The notes below the pieces were generated by a model. It saw only the letters and a program-made list of their open reading frames with translations, was not told the origin of the DNA and searched no databases. DNA of 63,942 nucleotides, counting the filler, from Lenisia limosa (lineage: Eukaryota > Protista > Breviatea): NCBI GenBank assembly GCA_001655205.1. It is 11 parts of 11 records of this genome, joined end to end, with 100 filler letters (N's around TTAATTAATTAA, not from the genome) between each part and the next. Parts side by side here need not be neighbours in the genome. Positions count along the whole stretch, not along the records: positions 34,086 to 39,465 come from LPNZ01006441.1; positions 39,566 to 43,085 come from LPNZ01002891.1; positions 43,186 to 47,234 come from LPNZ01008690.1; positions 47,335 to 52,179 come from LPNZ01009116.1; 7 more parts are not named here. One strand, written 5' to 3'. Below, in pieces: positions 37,062 through 48,943 of the stretch. Every line of letters starts with the position of its first letter. Positions within the stretch are counted from its first letter, which is position 1. A program made the translations under genes and the position numbers.

Positions 37062-39424
37062 ATGAACTTCAGACAGGTATTGACTATAACCGTTTTTTTG
37101 TTCTCATTCCTCTACCGCGCATCCACGCCTCTTATCATCGTTTTAGAACTCCCTTGGCTCTCTTAGAGCAGAAAACTCCTATATTTCAAGTGCAAAGAGA
37201 GGACCCTTGGACAACAGCCGATCAGCACTTGGGGACATTACGAGCACAATCTCAGCTATTCAGAGGAAGGTCAGATGGAGGGTTTATGTGAATTTACACT
37301 GAATAATGAAAATGGGGTAATAATTTATGTTTAATTCTTAATCTAAGTGATGTAATTTTTTGGGTAAAACACCATGAATACCTAAAAAAATAAATGATAA
37401 TTGAGGTTGCCCTTAATTGGGGAATTCATGGTGTTTTTTTTGGTTTTATTGTTTTTAAGAATCACAGCTTTTATACACCACCAAATTCTTTTCCTATCTT
37501 TGTACATTAGTCGTTTTCTGGTTTTGCCCATGACCCTTTGGTTCCCAAATACCCCAGTTGCACCTTCATCGAAATTCCTTTTTTTACCCACCTGTTTTGA
37601 ATTTAATATGTATGTATTGTGGTTTTTATTTTTCAATTTAACGGTTTTTTTTTCAAGTTGCGTCAGTAGTGTTAAGAAGGCTCTTCAAAAGCTATGTCTC
37701 CAATAAATGGGATTCTCAATGTGTTCCACAGTTTTTTTTTTTGTTGTTGTTGTTTGTGTAATCTCAGAACTCTTGCACAAAGAAAATTGTGAATCACAAC
37801 GAACCCATCATCTCATCCTCCCAGCCAAGGTCAGGCACTTCCAATGTCAGAGCCCCCGCAAATGCTCGCCGCATCACCCCACCTAATGCGTAGGCTGAAT
37901 ACAATGACAATTATATGTTCAAGTCGAACTATTTCTTTTTAAAAAAGAAATGTCATTTTCGCTCATTTTTGTAACTGTTTTTTTTTTTTTTTTTTCGTTT
38001 TTNNNNNNNNNNNNNNNNNNNNNNNNNNNNNNNNNNNNNNNNNNNNNNNNNNNNNNNNNNNNNNNNNNNNNNNNNTTGTATTACCCTTTTTCAAAAATAA
38101 TAATACAGAGTAATGGCATTAAGACTTTGATTGTACTAAATGTAATATCGTCTCACAAGTTGAAATTATTCGGAGGAATCAAATGTTTTAACAGCTTTAT
38201 AACCGTTTTTTTTTACAATGAACACAAATAACGGTTACAGTCGCACCTCCGGCCGCCTCCCCCGTCCCACATTCCCCACTTCTCAGTCTAGCTCAATGGG
38301 TTAGCTCGAGGGACAGGAAACAGGCATATTGAAATTATTGGACTTTCGCCTGAGTTGCATCTACATATGTGCCGCCTTTATAATATCAATATTTTACATG
38401 TCTTTTGAATACATTGATCACCATGATCTAATTTGACAGATGTCGACATAGACACCCTTAACGACTGTCTCAACAACCTGAACTTCATCGATATTGACGC
38501 GGAAGACGCTGGCGACCCCCAGAATTGCCCCACTTATATTCACGATATTATGGACCACCTCTTCCGAACCGAGATGGACTATGTGGTAGCGCCAACGTAT
38601 ATGGCGCGCCAGCAAGACGTTACGTCTCAAATGCGCGTTGTTTTGGTTGATTGGTGAGGGGGGGGGGTCGAAATTAATATTCTGTCTAATTTGGGAGTTC
38701 AGATTCGCAGAATTTTCTCTGAGGTAGCAATCTTACTCCTCAGGCTAATTGAGGTGCATATGAAGTTCAAGCTCATGCAGGAAACGCTTTACCTCTGTAT
38801 TAGCCTTGTTGATAGGTGAGGTGAGACTTTCTTCTTTTTCTTCTTCTTTTTCCTCTTCTTTTGCTGCTTTTCCTCCTCCTCCTCCTCGCTTTCAAGTCTT
38901 TAATTGTACTTCAATTTTTGACATAGTGCGTCTTGATTCGACAATTCAAGGCCAAATTACAATTCAGTAATCCATCGCTTACCCCCCTCCCCCCCAGGTA
39001 TTTCTCTAAAGTCAGCGTGAGGCGATCTCAGATCCAACTTGTCGGTGTGACTGCTCTTCTTATCGCCTCGAAAATGGAGGAAATGTACACCCCAGAAGTC
39101 CAGGTGTGTTTCCATCTGACTCAAAGAAATAATTAAAGTGAATGTGTTTCTCAATTCTCTTTTCACCCCCCTCCCCGAAGGGGCTCAGATTTTTTAAAAT
39201 AAAATTGTCATAGATTTACCCTCCATCCCCCTCCAGTTCGTAATTAGTACTTGACACCAATACTTTTCGTCGTTTCACCCCCTCCCCCCTAGGACTTTGT
39301 CTACATCACCGACGACGCATACACCATCAGAGACATTACGCGGATGGAACTCCATATCCTCTCTACCGTCAACTTCGATCTCACCCCGCCCACTCCCCTC
39401 CACTTCCTCAGACGCTTCTCTAAG
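37062..39424 (+). CDS. cycB: B-type (mitotic) cyclin, 3' truncated
   Basis: MNFRQ|...RSALGDITS (destruction box RxALGDI); cyclin box QMRVVLVDW|[24 protein letters not shown]|Y...[24 protein letters not shown]|[11 protein letters not shown]...[12 protein letters not shown] across GT-AG exons. Confidence 0.93.
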
Positions 39425-39465
39425 GTTGGTTGAGTAATCGCTCATACATATTATTATCTTTTCTA

Positions 39466-39565
39466 NNNNNNNNNNNNNNNNNNNNNNNNNNNNNNNNNNN
39501 NNNNNNNNNTTAATTAATTAANNNNNNNNNNNNNNNNNNNNNNNNNNNNNNNNNNNNNNNNNNNN
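39466..39565. other. Artificial contig-join spacer
   Basis: 44N-TTAATTAATTAA-44N. Confidence 0.97.
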
Positions 39566-41310
39566 ACTCATCAGGGATTTCCATGGTATCGAAGTCTGAG
39601 TTGGACAGCCTTCGTGCCCTACTATGTCGCCTTCTTTCCTGTGGGGACAGCAAGCTGGGGGTGGGGGAGTAAAACGAAGGATATTTCGATGAAGAATATT
39701 GGCGTCAAGATAAATAATGTGAAAATGGAAATTTATGAAACAAACAAAAAGCCCAAAATCAACTCTGTTGGCTGATAAAAACAAAACAAACAANNNNNNN
39801 NNNNNNNNNNNNNNNNNNNNNNNNNNNNNNNNNNNNNNNNNNNNNNNNNNNNNNNNNNNNNNNNNNNNNNNNNNNNNNNNNNNNNNNNNNNNNNNNNNNN
39901 NNNNNNNNNNNNNNNTATTACGAACCGAATAATATAAAACCCCAAACAAACAACCAAAACAAGGGGGTGGTGGGTAACTCTCTCAGCCACATAATTAAGA
40001 CAAACCCAAGGTTTGAGCACAACAAATCAAAACCAAACAATACAACAATTCGGTCCCACGAGAAAACCCGAACAACTCGAAATCCACCCACTCTTGTTGG
40101 GACGCGTCAGCTGCAGATACCTCAGACAGGTCGGATAGGGTAGTGGAGACGTTGGCAATCTAAGACGTGAAACCATGGGATTAGGGCCTCACTTCGGTCT
40201 GAAAAAAAAAAACCCCCGGTAAAATATCGTTAGTTTTCGGGGATTGATCGAGAAATCCAGTTTTTTTTTTTTGAGCCGAAGTGAAGCCCTCGATAGGGCT
40301 TAAAATAGGACAAAGGGACTACTAATCCAGTTGAACTCTCAAGCATGGACAAAGGCACTGCTGGCCCAGTTGAACTCTCTATCATTGACACAAAAGATCG
40401 AATTGTCGATAAATCCTTTATAAATCTCGATAGGATATTAACTTCAAGTAATACGTAGAAATGAGAAAGAAAAAGGTTGTATAAAAAGTAGAATGTGTAA
40501 TCGAGGGAAGCCACCTCCATTTGCCCGCTTACGTTCATTTCAGGCTGGTGTCGGGGGGAGTCTTCCGTAATCATGATTGGGGGCGACATGGGGAGAGGGT
40601 CTGATGCTCGGCTGAGCGGGGCTGAAACTGTCACCATTGATGGATGGTCATAGTATTCTGTAATTCTTTGTCATTGTCACGGTATTAAATTACAATGCCA
40701 TATCATATTTGTATTACAATAGAGAATACAAAAATATAAATGATATGTAGGGCTTCTCCACAGTCCCAAAAAAGACTGGATATCTTGATTCATGTCGATA
40801 AATCATTAATATTGTTGTAATTGGCAATACCTGCTGAGTTGTTTTGAACCCGATTGAGGGTTCGGGGTCTTCGGTCAAATGACTCCGAAGGCTGTGAGGA
40901 CGGGCGCACTGATGCGGGTTATTGACAAGCGGTGATTAATAATGCTGCTGTTAAATATTTGAAGAGTCAAAAAAAGGTTGAATCTGGCCGAAGCCATCCA
41001 CACCATCACGCATATCAGGGATATTGAATTATAGTTTAACCAATCATTTGCCATACAACTCCGTGCACACAAAGGTTATTAATAGGAATTTGAAAAGAGG
41101 GTTGAATTGCAAATAAAGGGAGGTTTTCTTATTGAAAGAGGGCGCTATGGTGACCTTGTTATTCCCACAATAATTTTTCAAATCTGCGAATTACTCTATA
41201 ATACATGATGCAACGGTACTGTCATACTTGAAGAGGGGGAGAACTGGACTGAACTGAGCTTCGGGGGGCTTGAGAGAAGGGCGGGGAGTGATGACGTTGA
41301 AGGCGGTTCG
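39566..41310 (-). CDS. Hypothetical Ser/Pro-rich multi-exon gene
   Basis: Exon-like blocks HEPPSTSSLPALLSSPP, MVTVSAPLSRASDPLPMSPP, IANVSTTLSDLSEVSAADASQQ, ERRRHSRARRLSNSDFDTMEIPDE with AG/GT ends. Confidence 0.4.
39660..39712 (+). repeat. Splice-site-adjacent repeat family C
   Basis: GGGAGTAAAACGAAGGAT...GATGAAGAATATTGGCGT; also at 17648-17698 and, reverse-complemented, 5183-5245. Confidence 0.75.
39725..39793 (-). repeat. Interspersed intronic repeat family B (reference copy)
   Basis: AGCCAACAGAGTTGATTTTGGGCTTTTTGTTTGTTTCATAAATTTCCA; copies at ~535, 1877, 12482, 15250, 16500, 17935, 18050, 39725, 60765. Confidence 0.78.
40182..40291. mobile_element. MITE family A
   Basis: TAGGGCCTCACTTCGG...CCGAAGTGAAGCCCT; no clear TSD. 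Confidence 0.75.
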
Positions 41311-41349
41311 TGCCCTTTTTGGGTTAAAGAACTAACAATTATGAACATA

Positions 41350-41959
41350 TACACAAAGCTCCGGACATCAGGACACATCAACACTCCCGGACTTGAAGTT
41401 GACGCCAAAAAAGGCCATTGTTTGTGTTTTTTGAAAAACTGCTTCGACAAATACATTGAGAAATGGAACTCCTAATGTTCCCCAATTTTATTTTTTCAAT
41501 TTTGAGTTAATGAAAAATCCGTGACTTTGGTTTTTCTAAACCTTACCCTCTTTTAGTGTTAAGAAACAAAAAATTGTACCCGTCGGAGTAATTGGTTCCG
41601 GATTCCCCTTTGCTTTGGCTATTATGTAATGGTGAATTTTGAGAGAAGAACGCTCAAAATAGCACTGTGTATAGGGTAAACTTCCCCAGATAGTTGCCAT
41701 ATCTTCCTTGAATATGGTCTTTTATAACGGTTTTTTTGTGTTTATAGCACTATTTAGGCTTTAAACAGACGGCTGAGTCACTTAATTTGGTTTTGACCCG
41801 AAAATATATGAAATTGGCGTTTCATCCTTTGATTAAGACTAAAATTACTTTCGAAAACAAAAGGGAAATGGTTTATGATGATTTTAGATGGAAAAATCAA
41901 GCTGTCCGGGAGTTTTGATGTGTTCAGTGAACTTTGAATGATGTCCAGAGCTTTGACTA
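41350..41959. mobile_element. Non-autonomous Tc1/mariner(pogo)-like element, family E (~610 bp)
   Basis: Long TIR TAGTCAAAGCTCCGGACATCA..., TA on both sides, no ORF; internal similarity to the 27801-28339 copy. Confidence 0.75.
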
Positions 41960-43085
41960 TACATATCATATATTATGTTCAAATGGTTAAGAACAACCTT
42001 ATAATGTATCAATTTGGTCAAAGAAAGAACAATCGTATAATGTTTCAATTTGGAACAATCCTAAAATGTGTTCACTTGGATCAATCGTAATGTGTTCAAT
42101 TGACGCCTGTTGATATTTCATAAGAGAAATATTAAATGCCTGTATAAAATCATGACAACTTGGGATTTACTCCTGTTCAAAAAAGACCAATAAAATATCT
42201 CTATTTTTTGGGGGAAATTTGGTGTTGTTTTTGGACCAGTGTGATTTCCCTTAGGATATACTTTCAGCTGATNNNNNNNNNNNNNNNNNNNNNNNNNNNN
42301 NNNNNNNNNNNNNNNNNNNNNNNNNNNNNNNNNNNNNNNNNNNNNNNNNNNNNNNNNNNNNNNNNNNNNNNNNNNNNNNNAGCATATAACGGTGAAGAAG
42401 ATCCCCATCACATCATTAAAGCTATGACACGTCACACCATTAAAGCTATTAATACGTCATACCATTCAAGGGTTCAACAGGATTGCCCATGTGATCGACA
42501 AACGTAATGTCCTCAGTACTGTTTGGTGGCTCGGTTCCAACACAGGACTGCTGGAAGGAGGGGATTGAGAATTTATGAGAAAAAAACCCCAAAACAACTC
42601 TGTGCTCAACAACAAAACAAAACTACCATCCCTCCAGGGGGATGGAGAGTGAAAGAAATCCCAACAATTTTAATTGAATATCACTTTACTATCAAAAGGT
42701 TTAACTCGGTTCAAGTGTACACTTTTATAGAGGATTTATCTGAAAAAAACTAATGCCCTTCATGACCCCCTTTCCCTACTTGCAAGAGAGCCGTGAGGCG
42801 CGAAACCTCCAAACGCAGCTCCTTGACTTCATTCTAAGGAATTATGAAACTAACTCAAAAATTCGAAGTGGAAGTTAATACTGCAACGAGGACTCCATTT
42901 TAGAAACTCAATATGTTTCTTAACTGCGGAGTCTTGTATTATTGGGTGTTAGTTTTAATTCATTTTATTTGTGAAGAGAACTGACAAATCCCCACCTTCC
43001 CCCACCTCCCACAAAAAAAATAATAATAAAAAAAAAATAAGAAACAAAATAACTCCGATGTGGAATGAGTACTAACTATTCCCTC

Positions 43086-43185
43086 NNNNNNNNNNNNNNN
43101 NNNNNNNNNNNNNNNNNNNNNNNNNNNNNTTAATTAATTAANNNNNNNNNNNNNNNNNNNNNNNNNNNNNNNNNNNNNNNNNNNN
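43086..43185. other. Artificial contig-join spacer
   Basis: 44N-TTAATTAATTAA-44N. Confidence 0.97.
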
Positions 43186-44057
43186 TGTTTTCTTCACAAT
43201 CCAGGTTTCTTCTCACGTTGAGCCAATTGAGCCTGTTTCTTCAGTGTCGCTACCAGTCCTGCTACATGAGAATCCTACCTTAAAACACCACTCTCAGCTT
43301 CCATGTTGCCAATGCCCCTCATAACCTGATTAATTGTCTTCAGAGAGAGATGCTAGCTTTCTCTAAAGACTGTTGGAGCATATAAACACTCCATCTCCTC
43401 TTATCTGCTTGTATCTGTTGGATGGGTTCTGGCCAAGAGAGCGAATTGCATGATGGGCATGTGAATACAGCCGTTTTCCGCTATTGAAAGCTCTTGAAAG
43501 CTTAACTGCCTCTTCTGGCTAAGGTATTAAGATGAACATAACAGGGGGGGAGGGTGATCATACATTTTGTTTTATCGCTCTTGTTTTCCCTCTCGGTGAA
43601 ACTTTAACGATTAATATTTTGCCGGAGAAGACGGTGTGGGCCGATCAAAACAGCTCACGGCCCCCGATGGCAGCGTTGCTTCAGTAATTGACATAGTACG
43701 TACACTTTTATTATTAAAGGCGCCCAAAAAAGAAATTTTAATCGAGGACCTCAAAAATGATGTAGCAAATGCTCACACTCTTTCTGCCGAAGTGCTTCGG
43801 GAAAAGTGAATGGTTAACCTCTTCCCCAAAACGCGGAGTACCCTACCCAATTTGCCCCAATCGTGAAAGGCACCTTTTAAAAATCCCTATCGTTTTCCTT
43901 GAAATTCCTCCTGTCACCTCAATTATCAAATCAATTCCGAAAACACTGAAATCTTAGTAATGCCAGATCTCGACCCAGGTCATTTATTTAAGAGGTGTAT
44001 CGCAGATATTAAACGTAGTAAAAGTTACTTTTTTAAAAACGATTTCATTTGTTGCAG

Positions 44058-47000
44058 AGGAAGATAATGATACAGGCATTGATACTCATAATTTTTACGC
44101 GGATCCACAGTCAATTCCCAGAGCTCGGACTTTTGTTTCAGATAAAGTGTTGGAGAGAATAAATCTTTTGGTTTTAGATGGTTTTGAAGGAGCAAAGGAT
44201 ACGTATGATTTTTTGACGGAGCGCCTTGGTCGAGCAAAAAGGCACGGAAATGGTTCTTCCACCGAATGACGACCCAGGCGCTCACAATTTATTTTTTGAC
44301 CAATATGCTTCTACTTTTCAATTTTCAATTTCTGGACCAATTCGATATCGAACAGACCCCGCATTGCTTTCAACTCCTTGCAATTATCGAGCAAAATCAA
44401 CAGACGTGGTAGAGAACTATTTTTCATATGTGCGTGTTATTTGCGGTACTCCTACCCTTCATGTTTTTTTAAAACTCCTTCCAAACATCCTCAGAACTTT
44501 CTATATTTGTGTACTCCCTGATAAAAAGTTTCATTGTGTTACACAGGCTTCAAATATATATAATCATGATGACCTAGATTCTTCACTCCTTGTCCAAAAA
44601 TATGACCCCATAACAAAACAAGCATACACCGAAATAAAAGCAAAAACAACTCAGCAGGCAGCCCCACTCCAAGCTTTTACAGCCCGTCTGTGCAATAAAC
44701 TCCCTCAAAACCCACTTGGTAGCATGTCCTGAGATTTTATCATTTTATCAAATCATATTATTTAATATTTATTATTTAATTTGTACATTATATTTATACT
44801 GTTTTGTACATTATATTTAATTGAATTTAAAAATATGTCATTGTGTCTTATATTTAAGTGTATATTATAGTTAGTTGCTTTCTAATTATTTTAATTGTCT
44901 TTTCTTGTAGTTTGATCTAGCTTTTATCCACATTTCAGCCTCTAAGTTGTTTCATGTTTTAAAATGTATGCAAGTTTGGTTTTGTTAGGTTTTAATTTCT
45001 ATTCCGCAACATACACTCCTGTTTTATCCACATTACCACCTCCCAACTCTTTCGCGCTAAAATTCCCACTACAGCATGAACTCACAGTGAACTCTGCCCT
45101 CTCTGTCCTTAACCTCACTCACAAGCCATGCTACAATTTGCCTCGGCCATCAAAACCATGGGCGTTTCCAAGATGGTAATGCTATTGAGAGGACTTCACA
45201 AGCAAAATAACACCGTTCTTGTGAGGTCCATTTTCCCAGTAACCCAAGCCGATGCAGATGCAGATGCAGAGGACTCAGCAAATGAATGCGGCGAAGACTA
45301 CATACCTCGTGTTGATGAGGATTGGGACCAGTCCCACATTGGTGATTCCGTTCCCAGGATTGAAATGCAACCAATGATATTATCGATTCCAACATGTTCA
45401 CGCTTTGATGTACCTTCTCTGATGCACCTTAACACCTACCAAGCCCTCCTTCCAGATGAATCCCAATTTTGACCATTCTAAGAGTCAGCCTTTTAAACCT
45501 TCCCTCCTTTCCCTGTCTCCGAAAAGTCACGCGGTTTGAAAAAACTCTTCCTTCCGGAAAATCAACAGTTGGTCCTTAAAACAGATCAGCTGAAAGTCTT
45601 GGCGGAAAAGATGACAGCGCCAATTCGAAAAATGTACACGGAGTTCACACAGACCGGAAAAGTCAATCAGATTGAATTTTCAAGAAGTTACAGCAAAGTC
45701 CTCTCAATTGCTAATTTATGTGATGAGTACTCCTTGAACGGCTTGCAGGTTTGTAGCTGCGTTTGATTATCTTGTTTTTGCTTTTTCTTAAATATTTAAT
45801 CTCACTCTTCACCATTAGAATCCTGATCATCCTGATTCCATGAAGCACTTTGGCATGTTTCAGGCATTTTTGGACAATTTCCAAAAGCTCCCTTCGCTCC
45901 TTGAGAATGCACAACGTTCTAGGTTTGCGAATAGTATTCAAATTATTGTCACAGTTGTTTATTACATTTCATTATAATAGTAAAATAATATGATAATGTT
46001 TATGTACTATGTATATGTAGTACATGTACATATTGGGGATTATGTTATGTGGGAAGGGGAGTATTTATTACGGGGGAATGATAGGTGTACTACATATTAT
46101 TATCATATGGTATCATACGATAATATGAAATCTGCATTGTTCTTATTTTGAATGATATCTGAGCTCCTCAACCAGCTTCTTACTGTTTGATTCACAAATA
46201 TTGTATCAATCGTTTTGGAACTTCGCTGAATTACTGCCTTCTCCATCTTCTCCTCTCGATGATTCTCTAGTAGATGAGTTAACCCCAGAAGGCAAGGCGA
46301 ACCCAAACGAAAACGAGCATAGAAACAACTTCCTTTTGCGCCTACACATCGTATATTTGGTCCAATTGTTCTACCAAAACAGCACAATGATACAACTGTG
46401 GAACCACTGCTTCCCTTACCGGACGTAAACATTTCTTTGGCTGTTTATCGGACCAAGAATGTCATACAATTGCGGAGAGCGCGGCCTCTGTTTTCATCGA
46501 CATTTGGCAAGTAAGGAGTGGAATTGTTAACTTGTGTCATTATCTTCTCTCTTTTTTAAAAGCAAACGGTTTGTTCATAGAGTTGTAACAAGTGTGTAAA
46601 TCTATGGTATATTACTATTTTATATAACATGAGATGGTAAAAAATTGCGTCTGATTTTATTTTAGATCATATAATAGTGGACTATACTGAGAGATTTTAT
46701 GATATACTATTACTATATCATATACTCTACACCATATAGCATATCGAGATGTATATTACTATAAAACAGCAATGTTCCGTATCCGAAACGACTTTTTCTA
46801 TGTAAAAATTTATTAACATAATAGCACGCCGATTCTGGAGTTTGGAACCTTGCCTTTGACCAGTATGCATCGGCCAAAACACATACTTGTGAAGCTTACT
46901 CAGGGCATCAATGCTGCTCACCGGCTATGCTGAAGTGGTCAATGCTGTGAATAAGGTTCAATCAAATGATGCTTCAGAAAAAGAAAAGGCAGCTTACACT

Positions 47001-47234
47001 GCTTACGGCATGACGCAATGTAAAAATCTGATGGTCTCCAGTCTTCTTAGCTCTGCTCGCCTCTTCTTGGATGGGTTTTGATAAAGGTTTGTTGCAAATG
47101 TATCACTTTTCTAATTATTTTAGCGTGTGAATTCGCCCATTATGAGCTGACAGAATACGAAAAGCACATCTTGGTTTGGCGAGTTCTTCCCTTGGCCCAT
47201 CATTCTGTGAAGTTGAAAAGACCCTTATCAATGT
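44058..47234 (+). pseudogene. Long intron-poor block of frame-disrupted ORFs (decayed gene, TE or viral insert?)
   Basis: Overlapping ORFs 44226-44732, 45128-45472, 45536-45766, 46201-46428 and more to the contig end, switching frame without obvious splice signals; no family recognised. Confidence 0.35.
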
Positions 47235-47334
47235 NNNNNNNNNNNNNNNNNNNNNNNNNNNNNNNNNNNNNNNNNNNNTTAATTAATTAANNNNNNNNNN
47301 NNNNNNNNNNNNNNNNNNNNNNNNNNNNNNNNNN
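47235..47334. other. Artificial contig-join spacer
   Basis: 44N-TTAATTAATTAA-44N. Confidence 0.97.
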
Positions 47335-48943
47335 TATCGTAATTTGTGTTGATGGTATACCTATGTATGTATGGATATATATTTTCCATGTTCGCCCTCA
47401 ATAAAGTTGGACTGGTCTTAGATAGTTTGCTGTTAAAGTAACAAGACTGGGCTAGCCGTGCAATTACGATGGTAACGAGAAACCCATTTCAAATGCTTTA
47501 ATGTCGAATTTAGAAAATTAATTTTCTCAAAAAAAACGCCTCAGAAATAATGAAGGAGTATCTGGCCGAAATCAATTCACGCCATCACGTTTGAAATATG
47601 ATAAAGTGTACAATAAAACAAGACTAGTTGTAATATATCTTAGAACAGAGATAATTCTTTATCACGGTTGTATTAGTACAAATAGGAGGACGCTATCGCG
47701 GAAGGAATAACTAGAAAAGAGGGGCTTAAAGCAGGTCTCCACACCAGATTCATTACACAATCTTAACCGAGCCCCAAATCCATGAATTTTGGTCAACCTT
47801 ACACTCCGCGGTTGCATTGGTTTAGCTGCCTGCATTAAAGACACATAACACCAAAATGGTACTTGAAATGTAAGATGGTTCTTGGATTTGAGAGTCTCAA
47901 TTTTTGACTAAAAGCTTCGGTTAAGACTCATAATGCACCTGGCTGGTGGGCCCCTTTAATCATTGTTTAAAGAAGCGGGGAATGGGTGTTTAATTTCATT
48001 AAATGGGGTCATTCTTACCGGGATAAGTCTTGACCGATGCTCTGTGGTTTCCCAAGGACAGTAGGTCAAAACTTATCTGGTTACTGTATATTAAAAATAT
48101 GAACATTACTCCTTTAGATGGAAAAAAAAAAAAAAAAGCATTACTCCCTCACAGGGTTNNNNNNNNNNNNNNNNNNNNNNNNNNNNNNNNNNNNNNNNNN
48201 NNNNNNNNNNNNNNNNNNNNNNNNNNNNGTCTACCTCAAAAAATCGGTTCAAACTCCACATTATGTATTGTTATCTTAAACCGCAATGCCTATCCACTTG
48301 GGATTCTTATGAAAAGTTGGGATTACAATTATTTACATGAAGAAAGAGAAGAGTTTCGGGGAACAGTGAAGGAGGAGGTTCTTCAACATTTAAAGAGGTT
48401 CTCAGGATAAATGAACATTTTCAGCAGAAATTCAACTTTGGAGAGAGGGAAGAACCCACAAGACCGAAGAGAGAGAAACAAACCGGAGAGGATGATTTCC
48501 TTTTTGAAGGTTGTATTCAGGCCTTGGCTACAGAAAGTAAGAAAATACTACAGTAAGCAAGGTTACACCCATTATCTCGATGAAAGTCAAGGAGAAATCG
48601 AGGAAAGTCCCTCCCAAAACATAACTCACTCAACCCCTCTTACATAATGTCATCTCTATAGTATCTACTGATGACCAGATCACCCTTTGGGCCTAGGAAG
48701 AAGAACGCCGAGATCATTGTCCAAAACTAGGACTCTAATAACTAAGCTAAGCCTTGAAAGCTACCAGATATATATTTTTGAGCCAATAAAACAGGGCTAA
48801 TGTTTTGAAATCCGCGAAATAAAGGCATTTTGATACTTACAATAGTTACACTGTAATGCTTAAGTTGTTTTTGCGTGTAAAATTAGGCCGATTTACTAGG
48901 AGACGAGGAGAATTTACACTGTGTTCCTTATCTTATCATAAAA

